64,000 bases of DNA from Steroidobacteraceae bacterium (GTDB lineage Bacteria; Pseudomonadota; Gammaproteobacteria; Steroidobacterales; Steroidobacteraceae): positions 3,818 to 67,817 of the forward strand of contig JBEKYO010000005.1 in assembly GCA_049510875.1 (NCBI GenBank). Direction: 5' to 3'. Numbering within the stretch: the first letter of the stretch is position 1; the number at the start of each line of letters is the position of its first letter. A program made the position numbers and the translations under genes. The notes beneath the pieces are model-generated. The model was not told the DNA's origin and searched no databases. It worked only from the letters and a program-made list of their open reading frames with translations. Positions 43,739-53,228 of this stretch are shown in pieces.

Positions 43739-44539
43739 ATGCAGCCGCTCATCATCAACGCAGCCGACGTGTCGGGATTGGTGGGGCGCCTGTGGTGGCC
43801 GAGCCTGCGCATCGGCGGCTTCGTGCTCGCCGCGCCCATCGCGAGCGAAGTGGCGATTCCCAGCCGCGTCAAGGTGGTCCTCACGCTGGCGCTCGCCTTC
43901 GTGCTGGCGCCGCTCGCGCCGGTGCCGTCCGCGCTGTCGATTTTTTCCGCGCCCGGGATGCTCACCGCCGCGCAGGAACTGCTCATCGGGGTCGCCATCG
44001 GCATGGTCATGCAGCTTGCGTTCGACGGGCTCACCTTCGCCGGCCAGACCATTTCGATGAGCATGGGGCTCGGCTTCGCCACCTTGATCGACCCGCAGCG
44101 CGGCGCCAGCGTGCCCGTTCTCGGTCAGCTCGTTTCCATCATGGGGACCTTGAGCTACCTCGCCATCAACGGGCACTTGGTGCTCTTGGGAGCGCTGGCC
44201 AACAGCTTTCAGACCCTGCCGATCGGCGCGGCCAACGTCGACAAGGATTTTCTGCTGGCCGTCGCCACCTGGGGGGCGCGCATCTTCGAGACCGGCCTCC
44301 TGGTCGCGCTGCCGGCGATGATTGCGCTGGTCATCGTGAACATGGCCCTGGGCGTGGTCGCGCGCGCGGCGCCCCAGCTGAACCTGTTCGGCATAGGATT
44401 CACCATCACCCTGTTGTGCGGCTTCTTCGTGCTCATGGTGGGCCTCGACGGCATCATGGTCGGCATTTCGGGCGTGCTCGAGCACGCGCTCCGCGCCGTC
44501 GGCGACCTGACCGGCGCGCACCTGGCGGGAGCACCCTGA
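43739..44539 (+). CDS. fliR: flagellar export apparatus protein FliR
   Basis: It is a 266-aa polytopic membrane protein positioned between fliQ and flhB. A matching segment is GFVLAAPIASEVAIPSRVKVVLTLALAF. Confidence 0.9.
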   Translation: MQPLIINAADVSGLVGRLWWPSLRIGGFVLAAPIASEVAIPSRVKVVLTLALAFVLAPLAPVPSALSIFSAPGMLTAAQELLIGVAIGMVMQLAFDGLTFAGQTISMSMGLGFATLIDPQRGASVPVLGQLVSIMGTLSYLAINGHLVLLGALANSFQTLPIGAANVDKDFLLAVATWGARIFETGLLVALPAMIALVIVNMALGVVARAAPQLNLFGIGFTITLLCGFFVLMVGLDGIMVGISGVLEHALRAVGDLTGAHLAGAP

Positions 44540-45669
44540 TGGCCGAGTCCGAACAGGGCGGCGAACGCACCGAAGAACCATCGCCACGCCGCCTGGAGCA
44601 GGCGCGCGAACGCGGCCAGGTGCCCCGTTCCCGGGAACTGACGAATTTCGCGACGATGATCGGCGGCAGCGCGACGCTGGTCGCCATCGGCGGAGGGCTG
44701 GCCAGCTGCCTGTCGGGCATCATGCGCCAGTCGCTCGGATTCGATCCGGAGGTGCTGCGCGACCCCCACTCGATGATGACGGCATTCGGCGACGCGGTGC
44801 TGCGCGCGATGCTGACCGTGCTGCCGATATTCGGCGTCCTGATCGGTTTGGTGCTGATGGCCTCGCTGGTGCTCGGGGGCTGGAACTTCAGCCCCGCGGC
44901 CATGGTGCCCGACTTCACGCGGATGAGCCCGCTCGCCGGCCTGGGGCGGCTGTTCGGCTTCCGCGGCCTCACCGAGCTCGGCAAGGCGCTGTTGAAATGC
45001 GTGGTCATCGGTGCGGTGTGCTCGGGGGTCGTGTCCTACATGTTCGGCGACGTCATGTCGCTCGGGCACATGTCGCCCCAGGCCGCCATAACCCGCGGCG
45101 CTCATCTGGTCGGTTGGGCGTTCGTCTGGCTGAGCGCGTCGCTCGCGCTCATCGCGCTGGTCGACGTTCCGCTGCAGCTGTTCCAGTTCAAGCGCGCGCT
45201 GCGCATGACGCGCCAGGAGCTGCGCGACGAGGCCAAGGAGTCCGACGGGCGTCCCGAGACGAAGAGCCGCATCCGGCAAATGCAGCAGCAGATCGCGCGC
45301 CGCCGCATGATGCACAAGGTGCCGGCCGCGGACGTCGTGATCGTAAACCCGACGCACTTCGCGGTGGCATTGCAGTACGACCCGAAGAACATGCGCGCAC
45401 CGCGCGTGCTCGCCAAGGGCCGGGACCTGGTCGCGGCGAACATCCGCCGCATCGCCGAGGAGCACCGCGTGCCCGTGTTCGAGTCGCCGAAGCTCGCGCG
45501 CGCGCTCTACAAATCGACGGATCTCAATCAGGAGATTCCGGCGGGCCTGTACGTCGCCGTCGCGCAGGTCCTCTCCTACATCTTCCGGCTCCGCACGTTG
45601 AGCCCGACCCTCGCGGCGCGCATGGTGCGCCCCGACCCCAAGGTCGGCGATGAGTACGCAGACGCATGA
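44539..45669 (+). CDS. flhB: flagellar export switch protein FlhB
   Basis: 376 aa from ATG 44539, beginning MAESEQGGERTEEPSPRRLEQARERGQVPRSRELT. The NPTH autocleavage site is present (VIVNPTHFAVAL). The track ORF is over-extended upstream. Confidence 0.9.
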   Translation: MAESEQGGERTEEPSPRRLEQARERGQVPRSRELTNFATMIGGSATLVAIGGGLASCLSGIMRQSLGFDPEVLRDPHSMMTAFGDAVLRAMLTVLPIFGVLIGLVLMASLVLGGWNFSPAAMVPDFTRMSPLAGLGRLFGFRGLTELGKALLKCVVIGAVCSGVVSYMFGDVMSLGHMSPQAAITRGAHLVGWAFVWLSASLALIALVDVPLQLFQFKRALRMTRQELRDEAKESDGRPETKSRIRQMQQQIARRRMMHKVPAADVVIVNPTHFAVALQYDPKNMRAPRVLAKGRDLVAANIRRIAEEHRVPVFESPKLARALYKSTDLNQEIPAGLYVAVAQVLSYIFRLRTLSPTLAARMVRPDPKVGDEYADA

Positions 45670-47753
45670 ACGGACGCCTCGCACTAGCAACGTTCGGCGA
45701 GTTCGCCCGCAACGGCCTGGGCGTGCCGGTCCTGGTGATGGCCGTCATCGCCATGATGGTGCTGCCGCTGCCGGCGTTCCTGCTCGATATTTTCTTCACC
45801 TTCAACATATCGTTGTCGCTGATCATCCTGCTCGCGGTCATCTACGTGCGCCGGGCGCTCGAATTCGCGACGTTCCCCACGGTGCTGCTGGGAGCCACGT
45901 TGCTGCGCCTGGGGCTCAATGTGGCATCGACGCGCATCGTGCTGATCAACGGCCATACCGGGGCGCACGCGGCCGGCCACGTGATCGCGGCGTTCGGCCA
46001 GTTCGTGGTGGGCGGCAATTACGCGGTGGGCATGGTGGTGTTCATCGTCCTGGTGATCATCAATTTCGTGGTCATCACCAAGGGTGCCGGGCGCATCTCC
46101 GAAGTGAGCGCGAGATTCACCTTGGACGCCATGCCGGGCCGGCAAATGGCCATCGATGCGGACCTGAACGCCGGCATCATCACGCAGGCCGAGGCCATCA
46201 CGCGCCGGCTGGAAGTGCGTGAAGAGGCGGACTTCTACGGCGCGATGGACGGCGCCAGCAAATTCGTGCGCGGCGACGCCATCGCCGGAATTCTCATAGT
46301 GTTCATCAATCTGTTCGGCGGCACCATCATCGGCGCCGCCCAGCACGGCATGTCGCTGGCGGACGCGGCCCGTACGTACGCCCTGCTCACCATCGGCGAC
46401 GGCTTGGTGGCGCAAATTCCCGCGCTGCTGCTCTCGGTGGCGGTGGCGATCCTGGTCACCCGCGTTTCACGGTCGCACGACATGAGCCAGCAAATCATGT
46501 CGCAGGTCCTCGGGCAGCCGCGCGCGCTCGGCGTGACGGGCGGAATATTGGCGCTGCTCGGAATCATTCCGGGCATGCCGAACGTGGTGTTCCTGGCAAT
46601 GGCCGCCGGGTGCGGCGTGGGCGCGTATTTCCTCGGCAAGCAACGTGCCTCGGAGAAGCGCTCGGCCGCGGCCAAGCCCGCGACCCCGCCCGCCACTCCG
46701 CTGGAACAGCGCGAACTGTCCTGGGACGACGTCGAACCCGTCGACTTGATCGGCCTCGAGGTCGGCTATCGATTGATTCCCCTGGTCGACCGCAATCAAG
46801 GCGGCGAACTGATGGGGCGCATCAAAGGCGTGCGCAAGAAATTGTCGGAGGAGCTCGGTTTCCTCGTGCAGGCCGTGCACATCCGCGACAATCTCGACCT
46901 CGGCCCGAATTCCTACCGCATCACGATTCTCGGCGCGCCGGTGGGCGAGTCCGAGGTGTTCCCGGACCGCGAGCTGGCGATCAACCCCGGGCAGGTCTCC
47001 GGCACCCTGCCCGGCTCGGTCACCAAGGATCCGGCCTTCGGCCTGGATGCCGTTTGGATCGAGAAATCGCGGCGCGAACAGGCTCAGGCACAGGGTTTCA
47101 CCGTGGTCGACGCGAGCAGCGTGATCGCCACCCACCTGAGTCATCTGCTGCAATCGCATGCGCACGAACTGTTGGGCCATGAGGAGGTGCAGCAGCTGCT
47201 CAACCGGCTGGCGAAGACCGCGCCCAAATTGATCGAGGACTTGGTGCCGAAACTGCTGCCGATGAGCGTCGTGGTCAAAGTGCTGCAGCAGCTGCTGCAG
47301 GAGCGGGTCGCGGTGCGCAACCTGCGCACGGTGTGCGAGACGCTGGCGGAACTCGCGCCGAAGACCCAGGACCCGATGGTGCTGGTCGCCGCGGTTCGCG
47401 TCGCGCTCGGCCGCAGCATCGTGCAGAGCATCGGCGGCCTTCGCGAAGAACTCCCCGTCATCACGCTGGATCCGGCCCTCGAGCAGGTGCTGCAGGATTC
47501 CATGGCGGGCGGCGGCAGCGAAGGCGCGCCCGGGTTCGAGCCCGGCCTCGCCGATCGCATCCAGACGGCGCTCGCCGATCGCACGCGCCGCCAAGAGGCC
47601 GCCGGCGAGCCCGCGGTGCTGTTGGTCGCGCCGAAGATCCGGCCCTGGGTGGCGCGCCTGATGCGCTATTCCACGCCGTCGCTCTCGGTGCTGGCTTACA
47701 ACGAGATACCTGAAAACCGCCGCATTCGCGTGATTGCGGCGGTTGGACGCTGA
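45666..47753 (+). CDS. flhA: flagellar export gate protein FlhA
   Basis: 695 aa. Matching segments are VMAVIAMMVLPLPAFLLDIFFTFNISLSLIILL and FTLDAMPGRQMAIDADLNAGIITQAEA, followed by the cytoplasmic domain. Confidence 0.95.
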   Translation: MNGRLALATFGEFARNGLGVPVLVMAVIAMMVLPLPAFLLDIFFTFNISLSLIILLAVIYVRRALEFATFPTVLLGATLLRLGLNVASTRIVLINGHTGAHAAGHVIAAFGQFVVGGNYAVGMVVFIVLVIINFVVITKGAGRISEVSARFTLDAMPGRQMAIDADLNAGIITQAEAITRRLEVREEADFYGAMDGASKFVRGDAIAGILIVFINLFGGTIIGAAQHGMSLADAARTYALLTIGDGLVAQIPALLLSVAVAILVTRVSRSHDMSQQIMSQVLGQPRALGVTGGILALLGIIPGMPNVVFLAMAAGCGVGAYFLGKQRASEKRSAAAKPATPPATPLEQRELSWDDVEPVDLIGLEVGYRLIPLVDRNQGGELMGRIKGVRKKLSEELGFLVQAVHIRDNLDLGPNSYRITILGAPVGESEVFPDRELAINPGQVSGTLPGSVTKDPAFGLDAVWIEKSRREQAQAQGFTVVDASSVIATHLSHLLQSHAHELLGHEEVQQLLNRLAKTAPKLIEDLVPKLLPMSVVVKVLQQLLQERVAVRNLRTVCETLAELAPKTQDPMVLVAAVRVALGRSIVQSIGGLREELPVITLDPALEQVLQDSMAGGGSEGAPGFEPGLADRIQTALADRTRRQEAAGEPAVLLVAPKIRPWVARLMRYSTPSLSVLAYNEIPENRRIRVIAAVGR

Positions 47754-47782
47754 AGGCATAGCTTGATTCACGGAGGCTCTAT

Positions 47783-49105
47783 ATGAAGATCAAACGGTAC
47801 ATGGCCGTCAGCATGCGTGCGGCGCTCGCACAGGTGCGCGCCGAGCAAGGCCCGGACGCGGTGATATTGTCGAGCCGCCGGGTCGAGGAAGGCATAGAAG
47901 TCATCGCCGCGGTCGACTACGACGAGGCGCTGTTCGTCGGTGCGACGCAGCGGCGCGCGCCGGCGGCCCCGCAGCCCGAGATGACGGTCAAACCGGCCGC
48001 CCCGCAGCCCGAGCCACGAATCGCGCTGATTGCGGCCGCCGCGCCGCCGCCGGCGAGCGCCGCCGTCATCGCGCCCAAGGCCGCCGCGGCCACGCGTGCA
48101 TCGGCGCCGGTCGCCACCGTGCGGGCCGCCGCGGCCCCGGCGAAACGCAAAGAGGCGACGCCGCCGCATGACGGCTACCTCGCGGTACGGGCGGAGATCC
48201 AGGACTTGCGCGAGTTGCTGCAGGGTGAGCTCAAGCACATGTCGTGGAACGACAAGCGCCTGCGCGAGCCCTTGCAGGCGCGCGTGCTCGAACAGCTGAC
48301 GGCCATGGACATAGCGCCGGACATTGCCCTCTCGCTCGCGTCGCGCGCGCCGCGGCGCACGACCATGAAAAATGCGGCGAACATCCATCTGGCGCTGCTG
48401 GTCAGGGACCTGAAGGTGGTGGACAAGCTGAGCCCGGTCAATGGCGGCGTGATCGCGTTGGTGGGACCCACCGGAGCCGGCAAAACCACCACCATCGCCA
48501 AGTTGGCGGCGCGCTGGAGCATGCGGCACGGCAGCCGGGATCTCGCGCTGGTGAGCACCGATGCCCTCCGCATCGGCGCGCGCGAGCAGTTGGCCACGTA
48601 TGCGCGCATTCTCGGCGCCCCGATGTACACGGCGAACAACGGCAAGGAGCTGGCGCGCGTGCTCCAGAGGCTCAAGTCGAAGAAACTGGTGCTGATCGAC
48701 ACCGCCGGAATGGGGCCGCGCGACGTTCGCCTCACCGAGCAACTCGCGGCGCTGCAGCTCGGCGCCGCGCGCGCGCACGTGCTGCTGGCGCTTCCCGCAC
48801 ATGGCGAGGCGCACGCGCTCGACGAGATCGTCAGGTCGTTCGCCAGGATTTCGCCGACCGCGTGCATTCTGACCAAAGTGGACGAAGCGGCCAGTTTGGG
48901 CGCCGTCATCTCGACGGCGTTGCGGCACAAACTGCGCATCGCGTACTTGTGCAACGGCCAGCGGGTCCCGGAGGACCTGCATTCCGCGCACGAACGGCGG
49001 GTGTGGCTGGTTCGAGCGGCGCACAAGCTCAAGGAGCGCGCGCCCACGCCGGTGGGCGAGGGCTATCTGGCGCGCAATTTCGGCCGAGCACCCGCTCATG
49101 CGTGA
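47783..49105 (+). CDS. flhF: flagellar SRP-type GTPase FlhF
   Basis: 440 aa. The N-terminus is MKIKRYMAVSMRAALAQVRAEQGPDAVILSSRRVEEGIEVIAA. The GTPase motifs are GPTGAGKTTTIAKLA, DTAG and TKVDE. Confidence 0.9.
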   Translation: MKIKRYMAVSMRAALAQVRAEQGPDAVILSSRRVEEGIEVIAAVDYDEALFVGATQRRAPAAPQPEMTVKPAAPQPEPRIALIAAAAPPPASAAVIAPKAAAATRASAPVATVRAAAAPAKRKEATPPHDGYLAVRAEIQDLRELLQGELKHMSWNDKRLREPLQARVLEQLTAMDIAPDIALSLASRAPRRTTMKNAANIHLALLVRDLKVVDKLSPVNGGVIALVGPTGAGKTTTIAKLAARWSMRHGSRDLALVSTDALRIGAREQLATYARILGAPMYTANNGKELARVLQRLKSKKLVLIDTAGMGPRDVRLTEQLAALQLGAARAHVLLALPAHGEAHALDEIVRSFARISPTACILTKVDEAASLGAVISTALRHKLRIAYLCNGQRVPEDLHSAHERRVWLVRAAHKLKERAPTPVGEGYLARNFGRAPAHA

Positions 49106-49139
49106 TACCCGACTTTCAAGAAATCAGGCGGAAACACTT

Positions 49140-49985
49140 ATGCAACTCAATGCCTCGCGTCCGGTCAAGGTCATCGCGGTCACCGGCGGCAAGGGCGGTG
49201 TGGGCAAGACCACCGTGTCGGCCAATCTCGCCGTGTCGATCGCCTCGCAGGGCCGCGACGTGATGCTGGTCGACGCGGATCTCGGATTGGCCAACGTCGA
49301 CGTGGTGTTGGGGCTGCACACCCGCTTCCACCTCGGCCATGTCGTCAAGGGCGAGTGTTCGCTGGAGGATGCGATCGTCACCGGGCCGCATGGCCTGCAG
49401 ATCGTTCCGGCGGCCTCGGGCATCAAGCAAATGGCCAACCTTTCCGAGAAGGAACAGGCCGGCATCATCCGCGCCTTCAGCGACCTGTACCACCGCGTGG
49501 AGATTCTGGTGATCGACACGGCGGCGGGTCTGCACGACAGCGTGCTGACCTTCAGCCAGGCGGCGCATCACGTGGTCGTGGTGGTCTGCGATGAGCCGGC
49601 GTCCATCACCGATGCGTACGGGCTCATCAAGGTCCTCTCCCGCGAACACGGGGTGCGGCGGTTCCAGATCCTGGCGAATCAAACCCGCCGGTCCGGCGAG
49701 GGGCCGGATCTGTTCCAGAAAATATCCCGCGTCTGTGACCGATTTCTCAATGTCACGCTGGAGTTTGCCGGTTCGGTACCGTACGACGATTACCTGCGGC
49801 GGGCCGTGCAGCGGCAAACCGCCGTCGTCGAAGCCTACCCCGCCTCTATTTCCTCCATGGCCCTCAAGAATCTGGCAGTCAAGGCCGATAAGTGGTCTGT
49901 GCCACAAGGTGCACGAGGTCACCTGGAGTTCTTCGTTGAACGAATGGTAGGGGCTCGGATAAGTCCCTCGACGGTATTGCAATGA
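49140..49985 (+). CDS. fleN: MinD/ParA-type flagellar number regulator FleN (FlhG)
   Basis: The deviant Walker A is GGKGGVGKTT within VKVIAVTGGKGGVGKTTVSANLAVSIA. I favour ATG 49140 by comparison with the 280-aa Pseudomonas FleN. The track's alternative start is 49098. Confidence 0.85.
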   Translation: MQLNASRPVKVIAVTGGKGGVGKTTVSANLAVSIASQGRDVMLVDADLGLANVDVVLGLHTRFHLGHVVKGECSLEDAIVTGPHGLQIVPAASGIKQMANLSEKEQAGIIRAFSDLYHRVEILVIDTAAGLHDSVLTFSQAAHHVVVVVCDEPASITDAYGLIKVLSREHGVRRFQILANQTRRSGEGPDLFQKISRVCDRFLNVTLEFAGSVPYDDYLRRAVQRQTAVVEAYPASISSMALKNLAVKADKWSVPQGARGHLEFFVERMVGARISPSTVLQ

Positions 49986-50764
49986 GAGCAAGTACACAAT
50001 ATTCGAACACTCAAAAGCGTGCTCCAAAGCCAGGGGCGGACGGCGACGTTCCGGTCGGCGAGGTTCCGCAACAAGAACTGGTCTTGAAGTATGCAGACCT
50101 GGTCAAACGCATTGCCTATCATCTGGTCAGCCGCATGCCGCCCAACGTGGAGGTGGACGACTTGATCCAATCCGGCATGATCGGCCTGCTGGACGCGGCC
50201 AAGCACTATTCCGCCACGAAAGGCGCCAACTTCGAAACCTATGCGGGCATCCGCATCCGCGGTGCGATGCTGGACGAAGTGCGCAAATCCGATTGGACGC
50301 CCCGCTCCGTGCATCGAAACATGCGCGAGATGGCCGATGTGGTGCGCAAGATCGAGAACAACAAGGGCCAGGATGCGACCCCCACGGACATCGCCGAGGG
50401 TCTCGGCGTGTCCATCGAGGAATATCACAAACTGGTGCAGGACGCCGCCAGCTGCCGTCTATTCAGCTTCGATCAGATGGGTTCCAGCGACGACGAGTCG
50501 AGTCCCGCGGATCACGCGCGCGACGAGCGGCCGGGTCCCTTCGATCATATCGAAGACGCCGGGTTTCGCGATGCGCTGGCCGGCGCCATCGGCACGCTGC
50601 CGGAGCGGGAGAAATTGGTGCTGTCGCTGTATTACGACGAGGACATGAATCTGCGCGAAATAGGCGAGGTTCTCGAGGTGTCCGAATCGCGAGTCTGTCA
50701 AATCCACGGGCAGGCGCTGATTCGCCTGCGCGCGCGGCTCGCGGAGTGGTTGTCGCCAGGCTGA
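49982..50764 (+). CDS. fliA: flagellar sigma factor FliA (sigma-28)
   Basis: 260 aa. Region 2 reads DDLIQSGMIGLLDAAKHYSATKGANFETYAGIRIRGAMLDEVRKSDW. Region 4 reads LSLYYDEDMNLREIGEVLEVSESRVCQIHGQALIRLR. Confidence 0.9.
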   Translation: MRASTQYSNTQKRAPKPGADGDVPVGEVPQQELVLKYADLVKRIAYHLVSRMPPNVEVDDLIQSGMIGLLDAAKHYSATKGANFETYAGIRIRGAMLDEVRKSDWTPRSVHRNMREMADVVRKIENNKGQDATPTDIAEGLGVSIEEYHKLVQDAASCRLFSFDQMGSSDDESSPADHARDERPGPFDHIEDAGFRDALAGAIGTLPEREKLVLSLYYDEDMNLREIGEVLEVSESRVCQIHGQALIRLRARLAEWLSPG

Positions 50765-50768
50765 ATCA

Positions 50769-51512
50769 ATGGATATCCTCAGCATCATCGGGGTCGTGCT
50801 GGCGCTGATCGCCATCATCGGCGGCGCCATCTTGAAGGGCAGCAGCGCCGGTGCGCTGGTCGGCAGCGCGGCGTTCGTCATCGTGATCGTGGGAACGTTC
50901 GCGGCAAGTTTGCTGCAAACGCCCTTGGCGACCTTTGTGCGCGCCTGGAAAATCGTCGCCTGGGTGTTCAAGCCTCCGGCCAACAATCCGGCGGCAATGA
51001 TCGAAAAAATCGTCGAGTGGAGCAACATTGCGCGCAAGCAGGGACTGCTGGGGCTGGAATCCGCGGTGGAGGGAGAGACGGACCTGTTCCTGAAGAAGGG
51101 CCTGCAGTCCCTGGTCGACGGCGGCGAGCCCGAAGCGATTCGCTCGAGCATGGAAATCGAGCTCGACACCATGGAGCACTTCGACAACCAGGCGGCGAAG
51201 GTGTTCGAGGCCATGGGCGTCTATTCGCCCACTCTCGGCATCATCGGCGCGGTCATGGGACTGATGGCCGTCATGCAAAATCTGGCGGACCCGTCCAAGC
51301 TGGGCCACGGCATCGCCGCGGCGTTCATCGCCACCATCTACGGAATCGCCTTCGCCAATCTGCTGTTCCTGCCCATGGGCAACAAGCTGAAGGCGGTCAT
51401 TCACGGTCAGGTGCAGGTCCGGACCATGGTGATCGAGGGCATCATCGCGATCGCGCAAGGTGAAAATCCGCGCAACATCGAATCGAAGCTGCAAGGGTAC
51501 TTTCACCATTGA
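50769..51512 (+). CDS. motC: flagellar stator protein, MotA family (MotC-like)
   Basis: 247 aa. It begins MDILSIIGVVLALIAIIGGAILKG and includes YSPTLGIIGAVMGLMAVMQNL...AAAFIATIYGIAFANLLFLPMGNKL. It closely resembles Pseudomonas MotC as remembered. Confidence 0.9.
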   Translation: MDILSIIGVVLALIAIIGGAILKGSSAGALVGSAAFVIVIVGTFAASLLQTPLATFVRAWKIVAWVFKPPANNPAAMIEKIVEWSNIARKQGLLGLESAVEGETDLFLKKGLQSLVDGGEPEAIRSSMEIELDTMEHFDNQAAKVFEAMGVYSPTLGIIGAVMGLMAVMQNLADPSKLGHGIAAAFIATIYGIAFANLLFLPMGNKLKAVIHGQVQVRTMVIEGIIAIAQGENPRNIESKLQGYFHH

Positions 51513-51553
51513 CGCTCTCCCTTGGGAGAGCAAGTCGCTAAGGACGGTTGAGC

Positions 51554-52618
51554 ATGGCCCGAAAGAAGAAGCACGAGGAGCACGTCAACGCGGAGGCCTG
51601 GGCCATCCCGTACGGCGACTTGGTGACGTTGCTGTTCGCGCTGTTCACAGTCATGTACGCCATGTCGTCGGTCAACGAAGGCAAGTTTCGCGTGTTGTCG
51701 GATTCGATGATCGCGGCGTTCCACGGCGCTCCGAAGAGCATTCAACCCATCAACGTCGGAGACAAGGAGCCGGGCAAGGGCGGCGACAAGCCGTTGGTCG
51801 GCGTGACGCCGACGGTGCTGCTGAAGCTCAGGGATCCGAAAAGCGCCATCGGCGAGTTGACGCCAAGGGACCCCGCCGCCGACCCGGGGGTCGGCCGCGA
51901 GGATCTCCCGGGCGCCCTGATCCGCATGGAACGGCAGGTGCAAAACGCCATGCAGGCGCTGATCGACGCGAAGTTGGTCACCGTGCGGCGCGAAGACATG
52001 TGGCTCGAAATCGAAATCAACACCGACATTCTCTTTCCGAGCGGTGCCGGCGAGTTCGCGACCGCGGCGGAGCCCGTGCTCGACAAGCTCGCCGAAGTGC
52101 TGAAGCCCTTTCCCAATCCGATCCGGGTGGAAGGCCATACCGACGACCGCCCGATCCGCACCGCTGAGTTTCCGTCGAATTGGGAGCTGTCGGCGGCGCG
52201 CGCCGCCAGCGTGGTGCACCAGTTCACCAAGCAGGGCATCGACCCCCTGCGGCTCGAAATCGTCGGCTTCGGCGAATTCCATCCGCGGCAAACGAACGAC
52301 ACGCCCGAGGGGCGCAACGCCAATCGGCGCGTCGCGATTCTGGTCTTGGAACAGGTTGCCGCCGGCGCCACCGTGACGGCCCGGACCACTGCGCAAACGC
52401 CGCAGCTCGCCGCCCCGGGCGTCGAAACGGCCGATTCGAGTAGTGCCGCAAATCGGTTACTATGGCGTGTGCCGCCTGCCGATGTGGACAAGACCGTGCT
52501 GGTTGAGAATCACGCGAGGCCTCCACAGGCCCCCGCGCAGCACATAGGTCCTACGCAGCTGGCATGGCCGGGGTCCGAAACATCTGAAGCGAAAGCGCCG
52601 CCGCCCAAGCACGAATAA
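51554..52618 (+). CDS. motD: flagellar stator protein, MotB family (MotD-like) with OmpA-like domain and extended C-terminus
   Basis: It begins MARKKKHEEHVNAEAWAIPYGDLVTLLFALFTVMY, which includes the conserved plug/TM Asp. The OmpA-like segment is VEGHTDDRPIRTAEFPSNWELSAARAASVVHQF...NRRVAILV. An extra tail of about 70 aa follows the OmpA domain. Confidence 0.85.
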   Translation: MARKKKHEEHVNAEAWAIPYGDLVTLLFALFTVMYAMSSVNEGKFRVLSDSMIAAFHGAPKSIQPINVGDKEPGKGGDKPLVGVTPTVLLKLRDPKSAIGELTPRDPAADPGVGREDLPGALIRMERQVQNAMQALIDAKLVTVRREDMWLEIEINTDILFPSGAGEFATAAEPVLDKLAEVLKPFPNPIRVEGHTDDRPIRTAEFPSNWELSAARAASVVHQFTKQGIDPLRLEIVGFGEFHPRQTNDTPEGRNANRRVAILVLEQVAAGATVTARTTAQTPQLAAPGVETADSSSAANRLLWRVPPADVDKTVLVENHARPPQAPAQHIGPTQLAWPGSETSEAKAPPPKHE

Positions 52619-52630
52619 GCGAGGTGACAC

Positions 52631-52813
52631 GTGAGCGAAGTCGATCGCTTGAGTAATCCCGGACTTTTTCCTGCGCTTCCCATTGCCGACAAGCAGCCCG
52701 ACAAAAACTCATCGTCGCGCAAACCGCCGCCCGACCGCCAAGGCAAGCAGCCGGAGCCGGCGGCCGACGATGCCGCACGCCCGCCCAAATCCATCATCGA
52801 CGAGTACGCATAA
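52631..52813 (+). CDS. small hypothetical protein (60 aa, Pro/Lys/Asp-rich), tentative
   Basis: The GTG start is preceded by GAGGTG 5 nt upstream. The TAA stop overlaps the ATG of the next gene (TAATG), which suggests coupling. I recognise no family. Confidence 0.35.
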   Translation: MSEVDRLSNPGLFPALPIADKQPDKNSSSRKPPPDRQGKQPEPAADDAARPPKSIIDEYA

Positions 52814-53211
52814 TGAACCTGGAAATCCTAGTAAGCGTCGCCGCAGCGGCGCTGGCGCTCGGCGCCACGGCCGTAGCGCTGCTGGCCCTGCAGTCGGTGC
52901 ACCGCTGGCGCGCCCAGTGCCAGTCTCTTGAAGCGAGTATTGTTGCGCTGCGTCGCGAGCTGGAGCTGGTCGCCTCGATCAGTGTGCGCACCGGGCGGCG
53001 CGTGCAACGCGTGGAACATGAGTTCTCGGGCGTGACGGAGCGCGTCGACTTGGTCGAATCGCGCAGCCCGGCCCGATCGGGATCGCTCGATCAGGCCATC
53101 GATTTGGCGCGCCGTGGCGCCGATCCCAACCGTCTCGAGCAGCAATTTGGGTTGAGCAGCGGAGAGGCCGATCTGGTGGCCCGCCTGCATGGACGCCCCA
53201 AACCCAGCTGA
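52813..53211 (+). CDS. DUF2802-family protein (flagellar-cluster associated)
   Basis: 132 aa. It has an N-terminal TM segment, a coiled coil and a C-terminal helix-turn-helix-like AIDLARRGADPNRLEQQFGLSSGEADLVARLH. That is the pattern I associate with DUF2802 genes at the end of gammaproteobacterial flagellar/che clusters. Confidence 0.6.
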   Translation: MNLEILVSVAAAALALGATAVALLALQSVHRWRAQCQSLEASIVALRRELELVASISVRTGRRVQRVEHEFSGVTERVDLVESRSPARSGSLDQAIDLARRGADPNRLEQQFGLSSGEADLVARLHGRPKPS

Positions 53212-53228
53212 CCGATCCGGGAGACCTC

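Noticed and set aside
40409-45669. Over-long track ORFs (527, 379, 267 and 625 aa) covering fliM, fliN, fliO and flhB
   Set aside because: Their N-terminal portions are out-of-frame read-through of upstream genes with Arg-rich nonsense translation. The true starts are the ATGs that overlap the preceding stops (41024, 41989, 42333, 44539).
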